From: a virus
DNA: 64,000 bases
IMG/VR virus record: IMGVR_UViG_3300042484_002041
Coordinates: 103,585-167,584 of that record
Strand: one strand, 5' to 3'
Below the pieces are notes generated by a model, which was not told the DNA's origin, did no database searches, and saw nothing but the letters and a program-made list of their open reading frames with translations. Below, in pieces: positions 19,660-31,800 of this stretch. Within the stretch, counting starts at the first letter, position 1. Each line of letters opens with the position of its first letter. The translations under genes were made by a program, and so were the position numbers.

Positions 19660-19808
19660 GATCGTATCTCCACGAAAACTTCTTTTGTGGATGGGTCAAA
19701 TATCTTTACAACTCCATCCACACTAAACCCTGCCACTTCATTAGGGACAGGGCCAGGTCTGGCGGACTGTGGCTTGGGTGTAGGGGTGTTTTGTTGCTTT
19801 TGGTCCAT
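19656..19808 (-). CDS. Small 50-aa protein (not in ORF track)
   Basis: MDQKQQNTPTPKPQSARPGPVPNEVAGFSVDGVVKIFDPSTKEVFVEIRS*. Fills the gap, follows GGTAAATA (19813-19820) and has an ATGA overlap with the next gene. Confidence 0.75.
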   Translation of the reverse strand: MDQKQQNTPTPKPQSARPGPVPNEVAGFSVDGVVKIFDPSTKEVFVEIRS

Positions 19809-19824
19809 ACGTTATTTACCTGCT

Positions 19825-22800
19825 TTAATTACCACGGATAAACCTAGCTGCCAAAGTATTTGTATCTTGTAGGCTAATCCCGTCACTTGGGGTACTAATG
19901 CCCGGGTGATACCAGCTTAGGCCTTGCCGAATTCGAATACTTACTTGATAACCTGCTGCAGGCGCTGTTGTAAACGCAATTGCAACCGGGGAATCGGTAA
20001 TTATAATGTACCCGCCCATTTGTTTAATCCCGCCCACATACACCTCGACTGCTTCAACTAGTTCAGTGCTGTCGAGACTAGAAATTGAGATCTCAGTTGC
20101 AGTGAATACAGTTTCTGTACCATCCCCCAGGAAGTTTTGCGCAATTATTCTATCTTGGTATTCTACTGGTAACAAATTACCAATACCAATGTCATATACC
20201 GCCGAACCAACCGCATGATCGGCTGCTGCTGTACCGGCAGTTCCACGACGTAACCCACTGAGTGTGTTGGTTATAAGGTCCCGGGTACGGTATGTAATCC
20301 TCTCGCCATTGATTGTAATCAAGCCAAATAATCCTGCAGTTAGATTAGGTTCAGACAGTTGGCCCGCATCATCAACATAGATTACCGCGTCGTCGCTATT
20401 CAATACAGACACAAGTTGTGTAGTAGTACTGGTTGTGATTCTGTAAGTGCTTTGTTGTCCGCGCATGTCTTGAAATATACGGAAAGCAATACCACCAGGC
20501 AATACGCTTTGGGTAAAGCTAGTAATAGCCACCACCTCATTAACAGCAATTGGAGGCCCAGAGATTACGATAGCAGTCCCATCAACTACATAATTTAAAC
20601 CTTCGTATAAGTAAAGTCCATCTAAGGATACCATGATACGATTAGGATTAGATATAATACGTCCAGTATCAAATCTATTGGTTTGAATAATTGTACCTTG
20701 GCTGTAATCGTATGACCCGGGATCACCTGTTATTGCGCCTGCGTCGTACAGAGTTGAGTCATATGATTCAGATACTAAAGTGCCAATTGTTTCTGGACCC
20801 ACAAACACCTGTGTTAAAATGTTTTGTTGTGCTGTGTCATTCCAGGTGGTTACTGAAACAACATCGTTCACAATAGGTATAAACCCGCTTCCAGATTTAA
20901 ATGTTAACACGTTGCCAACAATAGTATAAACAGATGCAGTGCTTACAGTGATTACAACTTCTGTTCCGATAAGAGGGAGTTCGGCTAGAACAACAGTTCT
21001 CGGGTCTCCGGTATACGGTGTTACTGTAAACTGTGATCCCAGGGTCAATCGAACGTTATTTACAAACACCGAAACCTCGTTGTCTGCGATTAAAGCCTGA
21101 CTATACCCACCACGGACAGGCAAGTAATATTCAAGACTTGATCCATCTCCAATATATTCTACGCCCTCGACTGGCCGAGCACGAACCCCATTTTTCTCAA
21201 CAATCACATTGGCCGGATTTGTCCCGCCTAAGTAGTTGGTTAAAGTATATACAAGTTCACCTGCACTAACAAAGTACTCAGTTACTGGTAGACTCCAGCT
21301 ATATGTTGTTGGGAGTTCTGATCCTAGTATTGTAACCACAACATCGTCAGTACTGGTCCAGGCGGCATCAAACACAATTTCAGTGTCTGAAATGTTGATT
21401 GTGTTATAGGTGTAATCAGTAACAAATATTCCATTCACAAACACCACAACTTCTGAGATGAGACTGTATGCAACAGGAACTACAACAGTGTCGCCAATGT
21501 CTGCACCATTGTAACGATTACGGTAGAATTGATTTCCTCCGCCTAATTCGTACACATCAATTAATAAAGTATTACCTGTAACAACGCCCGAATTAACGGT
21601 CACTGTTTGATTAACCCAATCAATTACATAATCAACTGATGGCACTAACTCGTTACCCACGGTCTTGTTAAACAGTCGAATTGCGCTTGGGAATTCGAGC
21701 AAATCAGCAAAACTATAGCTGGTCCCGGCTAAAGTGAATTGATAACCAATCGAGATTAACGGGAATCCATGACCGTCACTTTGCCAGTCGGCGCCCGGTG
21801 TAGTATATACTCGCAGATCTAATGTGTCAAATATTGCTCCGGGCACCAGTTCTTCTGGTGCATGACTTGAGTATGTGTCAACAAACGCACCACCATCCAC
21901 ATCAATTGCAGACGGGCCTACACCCAGGTACGGATCGACAAAGTTGCTTTCGTAGATAGCGTCTAGAATTGCCGGATCATAGGTTGGCAGTCCCTCTGGT
22001 CCGTATGCAATATTATCATATGGGTTAATGTCGAAGTTTCCAACATCGAAACCAGTATCTTGGTCAAAGTCCGGACCATACACTTGTACACCTGGATAAT
22101 CAACACCAGAAATTAACAGAGCAAGATCAAGACCGGGCTCATTAGGAGTTGCAACATAGTAGCCCATGGTACGGTCAACACCGTTGAGATCACCGGCAGG
22201 GACAACGGTCCATTGCTGTGGATCAAAAGTTTCGCTTTGTACACCAGTACTGTCATCGCTAGTGGCTTCCCACACACGGTTGATATAACGTACTAGCGTG
22301 CCGTTGTCGTAGTTTTCATTAGGTACCCACTCTTGCACATCAGTTTGATACTGGTAACGGTCGTACTTGATGGTGGTTTTAATATTACGCACCAATGCGT
22401 TAGACAGGTTAGCATATGCTCTTGCTCCGACTCCGTCACCGACAATGGTAATGACCGGTGTTTCGCTGTACCCTGAACCAGCAGAGATAATTTCAATTCC
22501 GATTACTCGGCCTGCACTGTTGATTTTTGCAACCAATTCAGCAGCAACCGCACTGTCTCCGGTGATCACTACTGCGGGTTCAAAGGTGTAGCCCGAGCCG
22601 TTGTCAATCATGACAACTGAATCAACTGTTAGCAAGTAGTTTTGATACCACTGGTTCCAGGGGAAAGTTTGCCATACGGTAGATGTAGACGGAACACTTG
22701 ATGTTGTACTTAATGTGCCCGAGTTATCAAGCACTGGACTTACAAACAATCCTTGTGTGGGATCCCAATAAGCCGGAAGGTCAAAGTCAGTGAGCGATCC

Positions 22801-25800
22801 CAGGAACTGGTCAAAGCCGTTGTATATTAGATTAAACTGTCGAATCTGCACATGATACGGTTTAACCTCCTGTATGTAATTCAATACAAAGTCTTGATTG
22901 TCTTCCCGATAGATCTGGTACGGCAGTAACTGACGAATTGTATGGTCAACATCAATCAGGCTGGTCTTGGTCAACCACAACGGTGCTTGTTGTTCGCTAA
23001 GAATAAAGTTAAACATCAAGGTCAGTAGATTATTACGTTCGATCGCTAAATCGTCAATGAATAATTCCTGATTGATAGCCTGGATTATTTTTCGTGTTTC
23101 TATAGTAGGCTCTTGATCATAATACTGGGCATCAAACACTTCAACATCAAATCCAAATCGTCCGGCACTATAATCCCAAAGAAAATTGGAGAATTTGATT
23201 GTTCCAGTTTGCAATCCTACACGAACCCATGTTGCATTAGTATATCGATAAATTTCCCACTTGCCTTGTGCATTAGCAGTAACCTTCACTGAACTACCTT
23301 CGGCCACAGTCAAAGTCAACAATGCAGAGGCGTTAGACACTTCAGTTACCGGACGTGTTAGTGGATTGTATCCGGCTAAGTACCAATTTTGATAGCTCCA
23401 ATACCTCTTTGTATCATATGTCTGCACTCGGATCAGCACAAGATATCGAAGTTGTTGCGGGCCTGTTTCGGCAAGTTGGTAAATTGTCCACAATCCGTTG
23501 AATTCGCTATCACTAGCAACGAGATATCGGTATCCGATCGGAACCTCTGCTAGATTTTGATACGCCAATTCTTCCTGATTTGCTAGACGTTTATCCCAGG
23601 CTCCGGATGTAGCCGACGGTTCTGGTTCTGAGCTGTTCAACAGATTAAACTTGCGCATTTCTGTGATTGGAAGCTCGGCTAACACAGTGTTGGCTTCGCC
23701 AAGGTAATTTTGCAATGCCAGGAAACGATTACGGAACATGCTCTGACGCGGCCTTGTGGTTACGCCATACTTTTCGCTGGGGCTTAAGAATGGATCAGGT
23801 ACCGCAGCGCCTTGAAGATCTTCTCCACTGAAACTGTCTTGAAACTTTTGATACAAGCCATCATTTAAGAACCCATCAGATCGATTAGATATCAGTTGGT
23901 ATTCCGAATGCACTACACTATCGTTAAACTGTTGATCAAACTCAACATGCAATACAGTATCGCTGGCAACAATATATTCAAGCCCGTTGTATACTGCAAC
24001 GGTGCTAGAATTAACAGGCGCAATATACGGAATACCACTTGCACGCGGATTTGCAATGTACTGAGCAATTGTGTTGGTGCTTAGTGTTTTCTTGGCTTGT
24101 TGGTTCACTGTTACTAGCCCGGCAACCCAGAAGTAGTAAGTGACAATAAACAAACCTTGCTCATTCACCGACGATGTTGCAGTGTAACTGTTAAAGGCGT
24201 AAGGGATCCCAGGGCCTGTGTAGTTGATTGGAGGAGTTGAACTTGAGATCCACTGGAATACTTCAATGATACTGCCCGGGAACACTTGTCCCCATCGACG
24301 GCTGGCATACACTATATCATTTTGGTTAGGATCAATGAATCGTGTATTTGTAGTATTCCACCAGATGTGTCCAACTCGAACCTCGTCCCAGTGCACTCCG
24401 TAATTGTTAACAGTTCCAATATTATAGGCAGCTGGGTCAATTGCACCGGTATAATTAATGTTTTGTGCTATTGCACCAAGCATACGACCTTGTAACGGAT
24501 CAAAGTAATCAAAATACTGTTTTGGTGCGTTGCTAACACGATCATACATGAACACTGTGTTTAACAAGTTAATGTCAACTACAGGTTGCTGCACTCTGCG
24601 TGGTTGCCACACAGGTGCGTGTGTGGGATTTGTGAACTGAACCATGCGTCCCCAATCAACTGATGGGGTCCCATCGACATTGACGGCATTGACACGACCC
24701 GGGGCTCCTACTAGCAGTTCACCTGTGGTATAGTTAAGTGCTGTTCCAAATTTGCCATAAGCTGTAATTTCGTTATCGTATATCTGTTGTCCAAATACAA
24801 ATTTTGCTGAGTTAGTCAAGCTAGGATTCGCCGAAGGTAGCATGTCGTACTCATAAACTGCCCCACTTTCAATTACAGTATCGGCAAATGCAGTACTGAA
24901 TGAATCAAAATAGGTTTTTCCTTGATCAAATGTAGTTGCAGCAATAGTACTGCCGTTGGGTGCACCAATTATCAACGATGTTACTTGATCGCTGATAAAC
25001 ACACTCTTACCAAAGTTTGCCCTATCTTGCGGGACTGGGCTAATAAGTGTCTGCACCCAAACATAGGTGTCGAATCCAAGATCATCAAACACAGTACTAG
25101 CGTTTGATGAATCATCCAGCACAGCACCAATGCCGGGCAATACCCGAAGTTTGTTTCTTACCGGAGCCGAATTATAATTCTTTACTGCAAATACAATCCG
25201 GCCGCTGACTACAACAATTGCTGCACCAGATACTGGTGCAGACACAAATATAATTTCTTCAGTGGTATTATCATAGGTGTAATCAGTTGTGTATATTTGC
25301 AACACGTCATTTACATAGACTACGGTAGTGTATGCGCTTGCATCTGAATAGATGGATCCAATGTTAAACACTGTAGTCGCCCCGGTACCAATTAATGTGA
25401 CATCGTTGGTTGCCGTTACGGTTACATTAGGTAATGCCCCAGAGGAGATTGCAGCATTGATGTCACTGATTAGATCGGCAATTGATGTGCCAGTCACCTC
25501 AACAAATACGTCATTGATACTTAGGTAATTTCCGATACTGAGGGTTGGGTTAGCAATGGTCGAGGTTGTTGTTCCGTACACACGACTAGGATTTGATAAA
25601 AATTCAACAGATCCTGCTTGTGGCAATGCAATGCTATCATTCGGTGCGCCGACATACAAACTGCAATTATTAACACAGATATCTAACGCATTACCATACG
25701 AAGCATTATTATCGGGTGTATTAGATTCAATTACCTGGACTAGATGAAATTGATTTGTTTCAATTTCGATAGTGTCTCCGACTGTGAGAGAGACTGAGTT

Positions 25801-28800
25801 TGATAATGTAACAATATTGCCAGACAGCGAGTAGTTGCCGTCAAGATAGTCAGCCGAGTTTACTAAGAATTCACCGTTGTGCAACACTGCCACAGGCTCG
25901 ATAGGTGTCTCGACTGTAGTGTATGCCAATTGAGACGCATTTGTAACTTGGAATCTCTGCACACTTCGACAGTAGATATAAACTTTACCTGCTTTGGTGT
26001 AGGTTTCTTCCCCGACTACATCAACATCAGGGCAACCAATAATGAGTTGGCGGCCATCTGTTGTAGTAGTAACGCTATGTCCAAATCGATCTGTCCCGGC
26101 TGCTGTAGCTGGAGTCAATGTAGCAATTGGATCCCAGTAATCACGGGCCGATACAATAATACTGTCCCCCAGTACAGGAAATGTCGGCAGCAGGTTGTCA
26201 AATGTTACAATGCCCGACGAGTAAGTGTAATCAATATAAGGACGATACAGAACTCCGTTAACTGCAACGGTAAACGAGAAGATATTGCTCGAACTAACTG
26301 TAGATAACTCAACAGTAATATCAAACGATGCAGTTGTGTCATTACCGGTGCCGGTTTGAACATTAGGATCTAATTGTGTAATTGGATTCAAGTCAGCAAA
26401 GAATACTAAAGTGTAGCTGATACTAGATGATCCAGGGATCGGAGTATCAATAGTAAATTGAGTTGCACTGTCAACTGATACAATTTCTGTACCAACAGTG
26501 ATTGATCCTGATCCAGAATAATAATATATCTTTTGGCCTGCTGCAAGCCCGGTAGTACTTGATACAGTAAGCTGTGTTGCAGCACCATTGACTATCGTGT
26601 TATATGTTGGGCCAGTTTGCCCGACTGTGATCACTAGGTCATTTGCCGGCGAAGAACCACCAATTTCTGTGTACAGGATCAGAATCTGATCACCGGGGGT
26701 ATAATTATCTCCAGGATTAATAATGCTAACACTATATTGCCCACGTACAACGTTAACCAGGAATGTTGCACCTGTACCACCGCCAGGGGATACTGTACCA
26801 GACACGTTGTTATAATTAGCAGTGTCAAGTTGCACTACACTACGGCGACTGAGCACGAGTCGCTGGCCTTGTGGTGGTGACTGTCCTAAAATAACATTAG
26901 TACCATCAATTTGATAATCAGTGTTAAGAATAAGGATTCGATTGTTTAAAACTACACCAATTTGCGTGTCAGTCAGGGAGGTATCGCCGAGAATCGGCAA
27001 TAAAGAATAAACAATGACTCCTGGGCTGGTAATGTATTCAGTAACACGTTCTTCAACCGATTGTAACCCATATGCATAAACTTTATTTTCGCCCGGGGCA
27101 CCGATATACATCCAACGCTCATCTTGGCTAATGGTTGCACTGTAGCCAAACTCAACGATCGTTGAGCCATCTGCGTCGGGTGCAACTAACAGTTGCCGTA
27201 ACTCAAACTGTGGTGTATTAGCCGGACGATATATTGTGACTGCATATCCAATGCCGCCGGCGCTTTCCGGAGCGCCGGCAATTGCCCAGGTCTGATCACC
27301 GATATCAATCGTGCTACCAAAACCAACAGTGTCGGCGGTAGACAAAGTGATGATAATTTCATCTTGCACATACTGATCCGACGACTCCTTGACGTAACTA
27401 AAAATGCCGCCTGCCCCACTGTTGTAACCCGGTGCACCCACTAGCGCACTAAGATTTCGAAACCCTTGTGCAATTGCTGCACCGAATCTTTGGCTGTCTT
27501 CTTGGACAGTTGGTGCAAATTCTTGTACCCCTTTAAATACGTCAGTTTTTTCCAACATGGTCCAATGGGATTGCCCATTGTTGTCGACCCATACCTTGGC
27601 GCCAGGTAGCAAGGACTTTGCATAAGGTAAATCTACAATGTCTGATGGTTGTGCAACTCGTGATGTCTGTAGGGTAAATCCTACCCCTGTACCAGTTGCA
27701 ACGTCGCGACCATCTGTAAAGGTGTAATTGATCAATACCGAGTAAATTCCCGGGATTGATTGCACACGATAGATGCCATTGATTGCAGGATCAAAATACT
27801 TAATAACCAAGTAATCGCTTTTTGCTAATCCATGAGCAATATTAAATGTTACTAATACAAAGCCATCAAGATTGTCACTAACCGTAACAATTTGTCCCGG
27901 GATAGGATCTGAGCGAAATACACCCCAGTTATAACTGTTGATTTTTGCAACCCAAATGGTTGTGCCTACACCCACAGTCAACAATGCTGCGTTTACATTT
28001 TGTGGATCATCGAGGCTAAACACCGTAATATCAACATCGTCAAGATCAACATATCCTGCACTTGGCAAAATACTATCGCCTACTACAACATTGGTAGTAG
28101 GTAAGAAATCCGGCGACGTAAGCTTGGCACTGCTTTTCCAGACATTTTCCAACAGAACTATTTGATCGGACTTGCTTGTCTGTCCAGGATTAATAACTTG
28201 AATCAATGCTGGATCTGATTTGAACAGTGCTTCGTTAAGTAACAGCTCAACATAATTACGGTTGGCAGTTGCACCGTACTGACTCTTAAGAATTGCCCAG
28301 TATTCATAAATGTCATACTGACTGGTTTCTTTGCCCAAGTTGGCATAGGTAAACAGCTCGGCGCTGCGAAGTGTGCCTTTGGTGCCCAGGAATTGTTGGT
28401 ATAGGCTAACTTGACTTATATCATCGAGATTCAGAGACTGCATGTATTCTCTTGGCCGGAATCCAATTAATCCAAACGAGAATAAATCAACTTCTTGCTC
28501 TAAGTTAGCGTCATAGACGCTGTAGCTAGTGGCCAGTTGGTTACTGGCCATAGCCGAGTTCGGTAACAACCCAATTTGAATCTCATCGTAATCGCTCTTA
28601 AGCCACAGTGCATAATTGAATTGCTGGCTAGGCTCAATAATTTTGCTGGCTGCCCAATAATCATTCTTAAACTGTACAATCTCGCCCTTGGCATACTTGC
28701 GATTAGGAATCCATTCAAGTACCGTGTCTTGATTAATAACAAAGCCTGGGGCGTTAACAGTTCCATTCCAGTCGGCACTGAGCACTCCAGACACCTGTAC

Positions 28801-31800
28801 TCGGCTTTGACGGGCTCCTGTCACTGGTTGATAGATCAAGTCAGCAAAAATACTAACGTTGTCGAGTGCAATTAAATGCTCAAAACTAGTAAAACGTAAA
28901 TCAATGTAATTGATTGTGTCGTTGTTGATGCTGGTTACTGTGAAGGTATTCTCTAATCGATCGATCACAAGACTACTACCAGGAATCGGAATACGATTCT
29001 GATTCAAAATCAAGTTATTGACTGTTGGAGTTGCAATGCTTTCTGCTACTGCTCCTGGCACAGTTATGCTTAACTTAGTAGCCGTCGGGTTCAGGTTAAT
29101 CACGCTACCTACACTCCAGCCCTGCTGTATCCAGTACAGAAACTCACGAGCCATTTGCACCCAGTCTAGCTCATATCCATTCTCTCTTGCATCAAACGTG
29201 AACCCTTTGTCTTTAAGCAAGCGGCCATAACTGACCAAGAAGTCGCATACTCCATTAAATGTTGTAAACACATATCCATACGGCACCTGTACGATGTTAT
29301 CGGTATACATGGTGTTAATTGTTGCTGTGGCATTCCCAACTGTTAAGTTCTGTCGGGGGCCGGCTGACTGACTAACAAAGATTTCAAAATACGGACGTGT
29401 GGTACTATAGCCAACTACTGCCCACCCAGTGTCGGTTCTCTGTACAATTACCGAGCTATAAACAGCACGCTCAAATGCTTGATTCTTGTACAGCAGGATC
29501 TGATAGCTTTCATCGGGCAGCATCAATCCAGTATTCAAACTGTTAGGGGTGCCACGCTCAGTGTAAATTTTTAAATATTGCTTATCAGTGAACGCTGCGG
29601 CGCGCCAGCATAATTGCACACCAATGTTTGCAAGTCCAATACTCAAATCTTCTGTACTGGTATTCCCGCCCATACGGTTATAGTCAATAATCCAGTTAAT
29701 GTAACTGGCCTTGCTTGTGCCATTGCCATATAACGGAGTTAGATTTTTTGCATCCAGCCGATATCGCCCGTCCCAGAGATATTGCTCCAGTGCGTCATCG
29801 TACACATAGCGATCTCTGTCTTCAAACAAGCTAAAGAACTTGGCTGGCTTTGTTAGAGCCAGCAGTCGCATGACTGCAAATGGCCAGGCGCTGCTTGAAC
29901 GCCAGGAATTTTCCACCGGGCCGTCATCGCCGAATTGCCAAGGACGACGGAAACTGGTTGCATCATAATTACCCACGGTAGCGGATAGTGGGCTCAACAA
30001 ATTGCCTTCAGAATCTGATGGGATAACTCTTAACAAGTCAGGGCGCTTGTATTGCTGCAATACATAAAACCCAGCAGGGTCTCGTACAAGGCCAGCTTGC
30101 AAGTCTTCCCACAACACTAAGTTACCAGAAGTGTACGGTGCAGGTCCGTATTCATTTTGCCACCAATCGGGTTCTTGACTAAATCCCAGCATTTCCCAGG
30201 GACGAGTGTTGGGATAGATTGTATCGTAGAAGTAATTGTAGATGCCTCTCCAGGCACCTGGCAAAACGTCACCGGTTAATCTATCTGCACTCTGGCTATA
30301 ATTCCAAGTAAATTGGTTGTTGGCCAAGTACCGTTGGGTAGTATAGTCTAGTTTGTTCCATCCGATCCAGCTCAAGAAGCTGGTGCTTAGTATTTGATTG
30401 ATCTCACCAAGATTATAATCCGTGGTACGGAACTGTCCAGGAAGAACATCTGCCAAGTCAATTGGGATCGGTGACTTGATCTTGAGATTATTAAAGATTC
30501 GTGTTTCAAACTCTAACAATACTTGATCTCGGAAGTCGCCAAATGCGCGAGTAATCGACCCATCGTGCCCTTGAATAACCAGTGTATCAGTTACCGATGT
30601 TTGGTCAACAAAAATTTGTGGGAGGTATGCTGGATACAGTCCCATTTTTGTCGGAGTGTTAGGTATATAACTACCATAGGTTGCCGAGTACTCTCGAATA
30701 GCAATAGTGTCACCCACTGCTAACGGTACTGTAATTGTCACAGTAGGGCTGTCAACGCCCACAGTGTACTCGTAGCCAAAAGTTAAAATGTTACCATTGA
30801 GATAGATCAATAGCCCTTGAAAGTTCGACGAAGTAAAATCGTATACGTATGTGGTATCAAATACCGGAGTAGAAATTAACGAATAGGTATATGTGTTTAG
30901 GATATAAGTTTCGCCAGACGGAATCATGTCCGACCAGTAAAACGGTAGTTGATCAGACTTGCCAACTGAGATTTCAAGTATCACCTGGTCCAGAATTTCT
31001 GTGGGAGTATTGTTAATAAAATCTCCCTTGCTCGCTAGGTCTAGGAAAATAGCCTTGTACTTTTCATATTCTTGACCATTGAATCGCAGTGAGTTAAACA
31101 GTTCATACTGTTGGCGACGCAGGAATACACCAGTCAACGTCAGCGGCGAGCTGTTTTGAACAATATTGGTGCCATAAGGGATAATATCACCCAGGTCACG
31201 TGTGTTGTTTGCCCCGTTGATAGGTCCTTGAATATTTTTAAGATTCTGACCAATACTATTATAATGATTGCGGATAGTACCTAATGTAAACGCATCACTA
31301 TTCTCATTCAACGGATTGTTTTCTAAGTTCAATGGAACTTGATAGTACGCAAAATTACTACGCACATCACTAATAATCTGCGCCTCAATAAGTACGCCCA
31401 CTAATTGAATACTTGTAAATGTCACAGTGGTGGTGGTGGTGGTACTAGTTATAACATATTGTGTAGGATCAATGAAGACTCCCTCAATGAACAGTTGCAA
31501 CACCGGATATACTGTATCGGTTGCCGGCGGAACATCAAACACCAGCGGTTCGCCGGCGTAAGTAAAACGGAACACTTGACGGCTACGATTTTCAGCAGCC
31601 GCAGTTTGCCACCCAATTAGCGGGCTGAACTGGGTACGGTCAATGTATTGCCGCACAAATCCCTGGCTGATTGGTATTTCAGAGCTGACGTTATTGCGCA
31701 CATAGATAAAACTGTCAGTGTACAGGTAGTTGGAAAATAAGATATCTCCAACATTGTTGATGTTGAGATATTTTAATCCAAACCCCAGTACAGCATCAGT

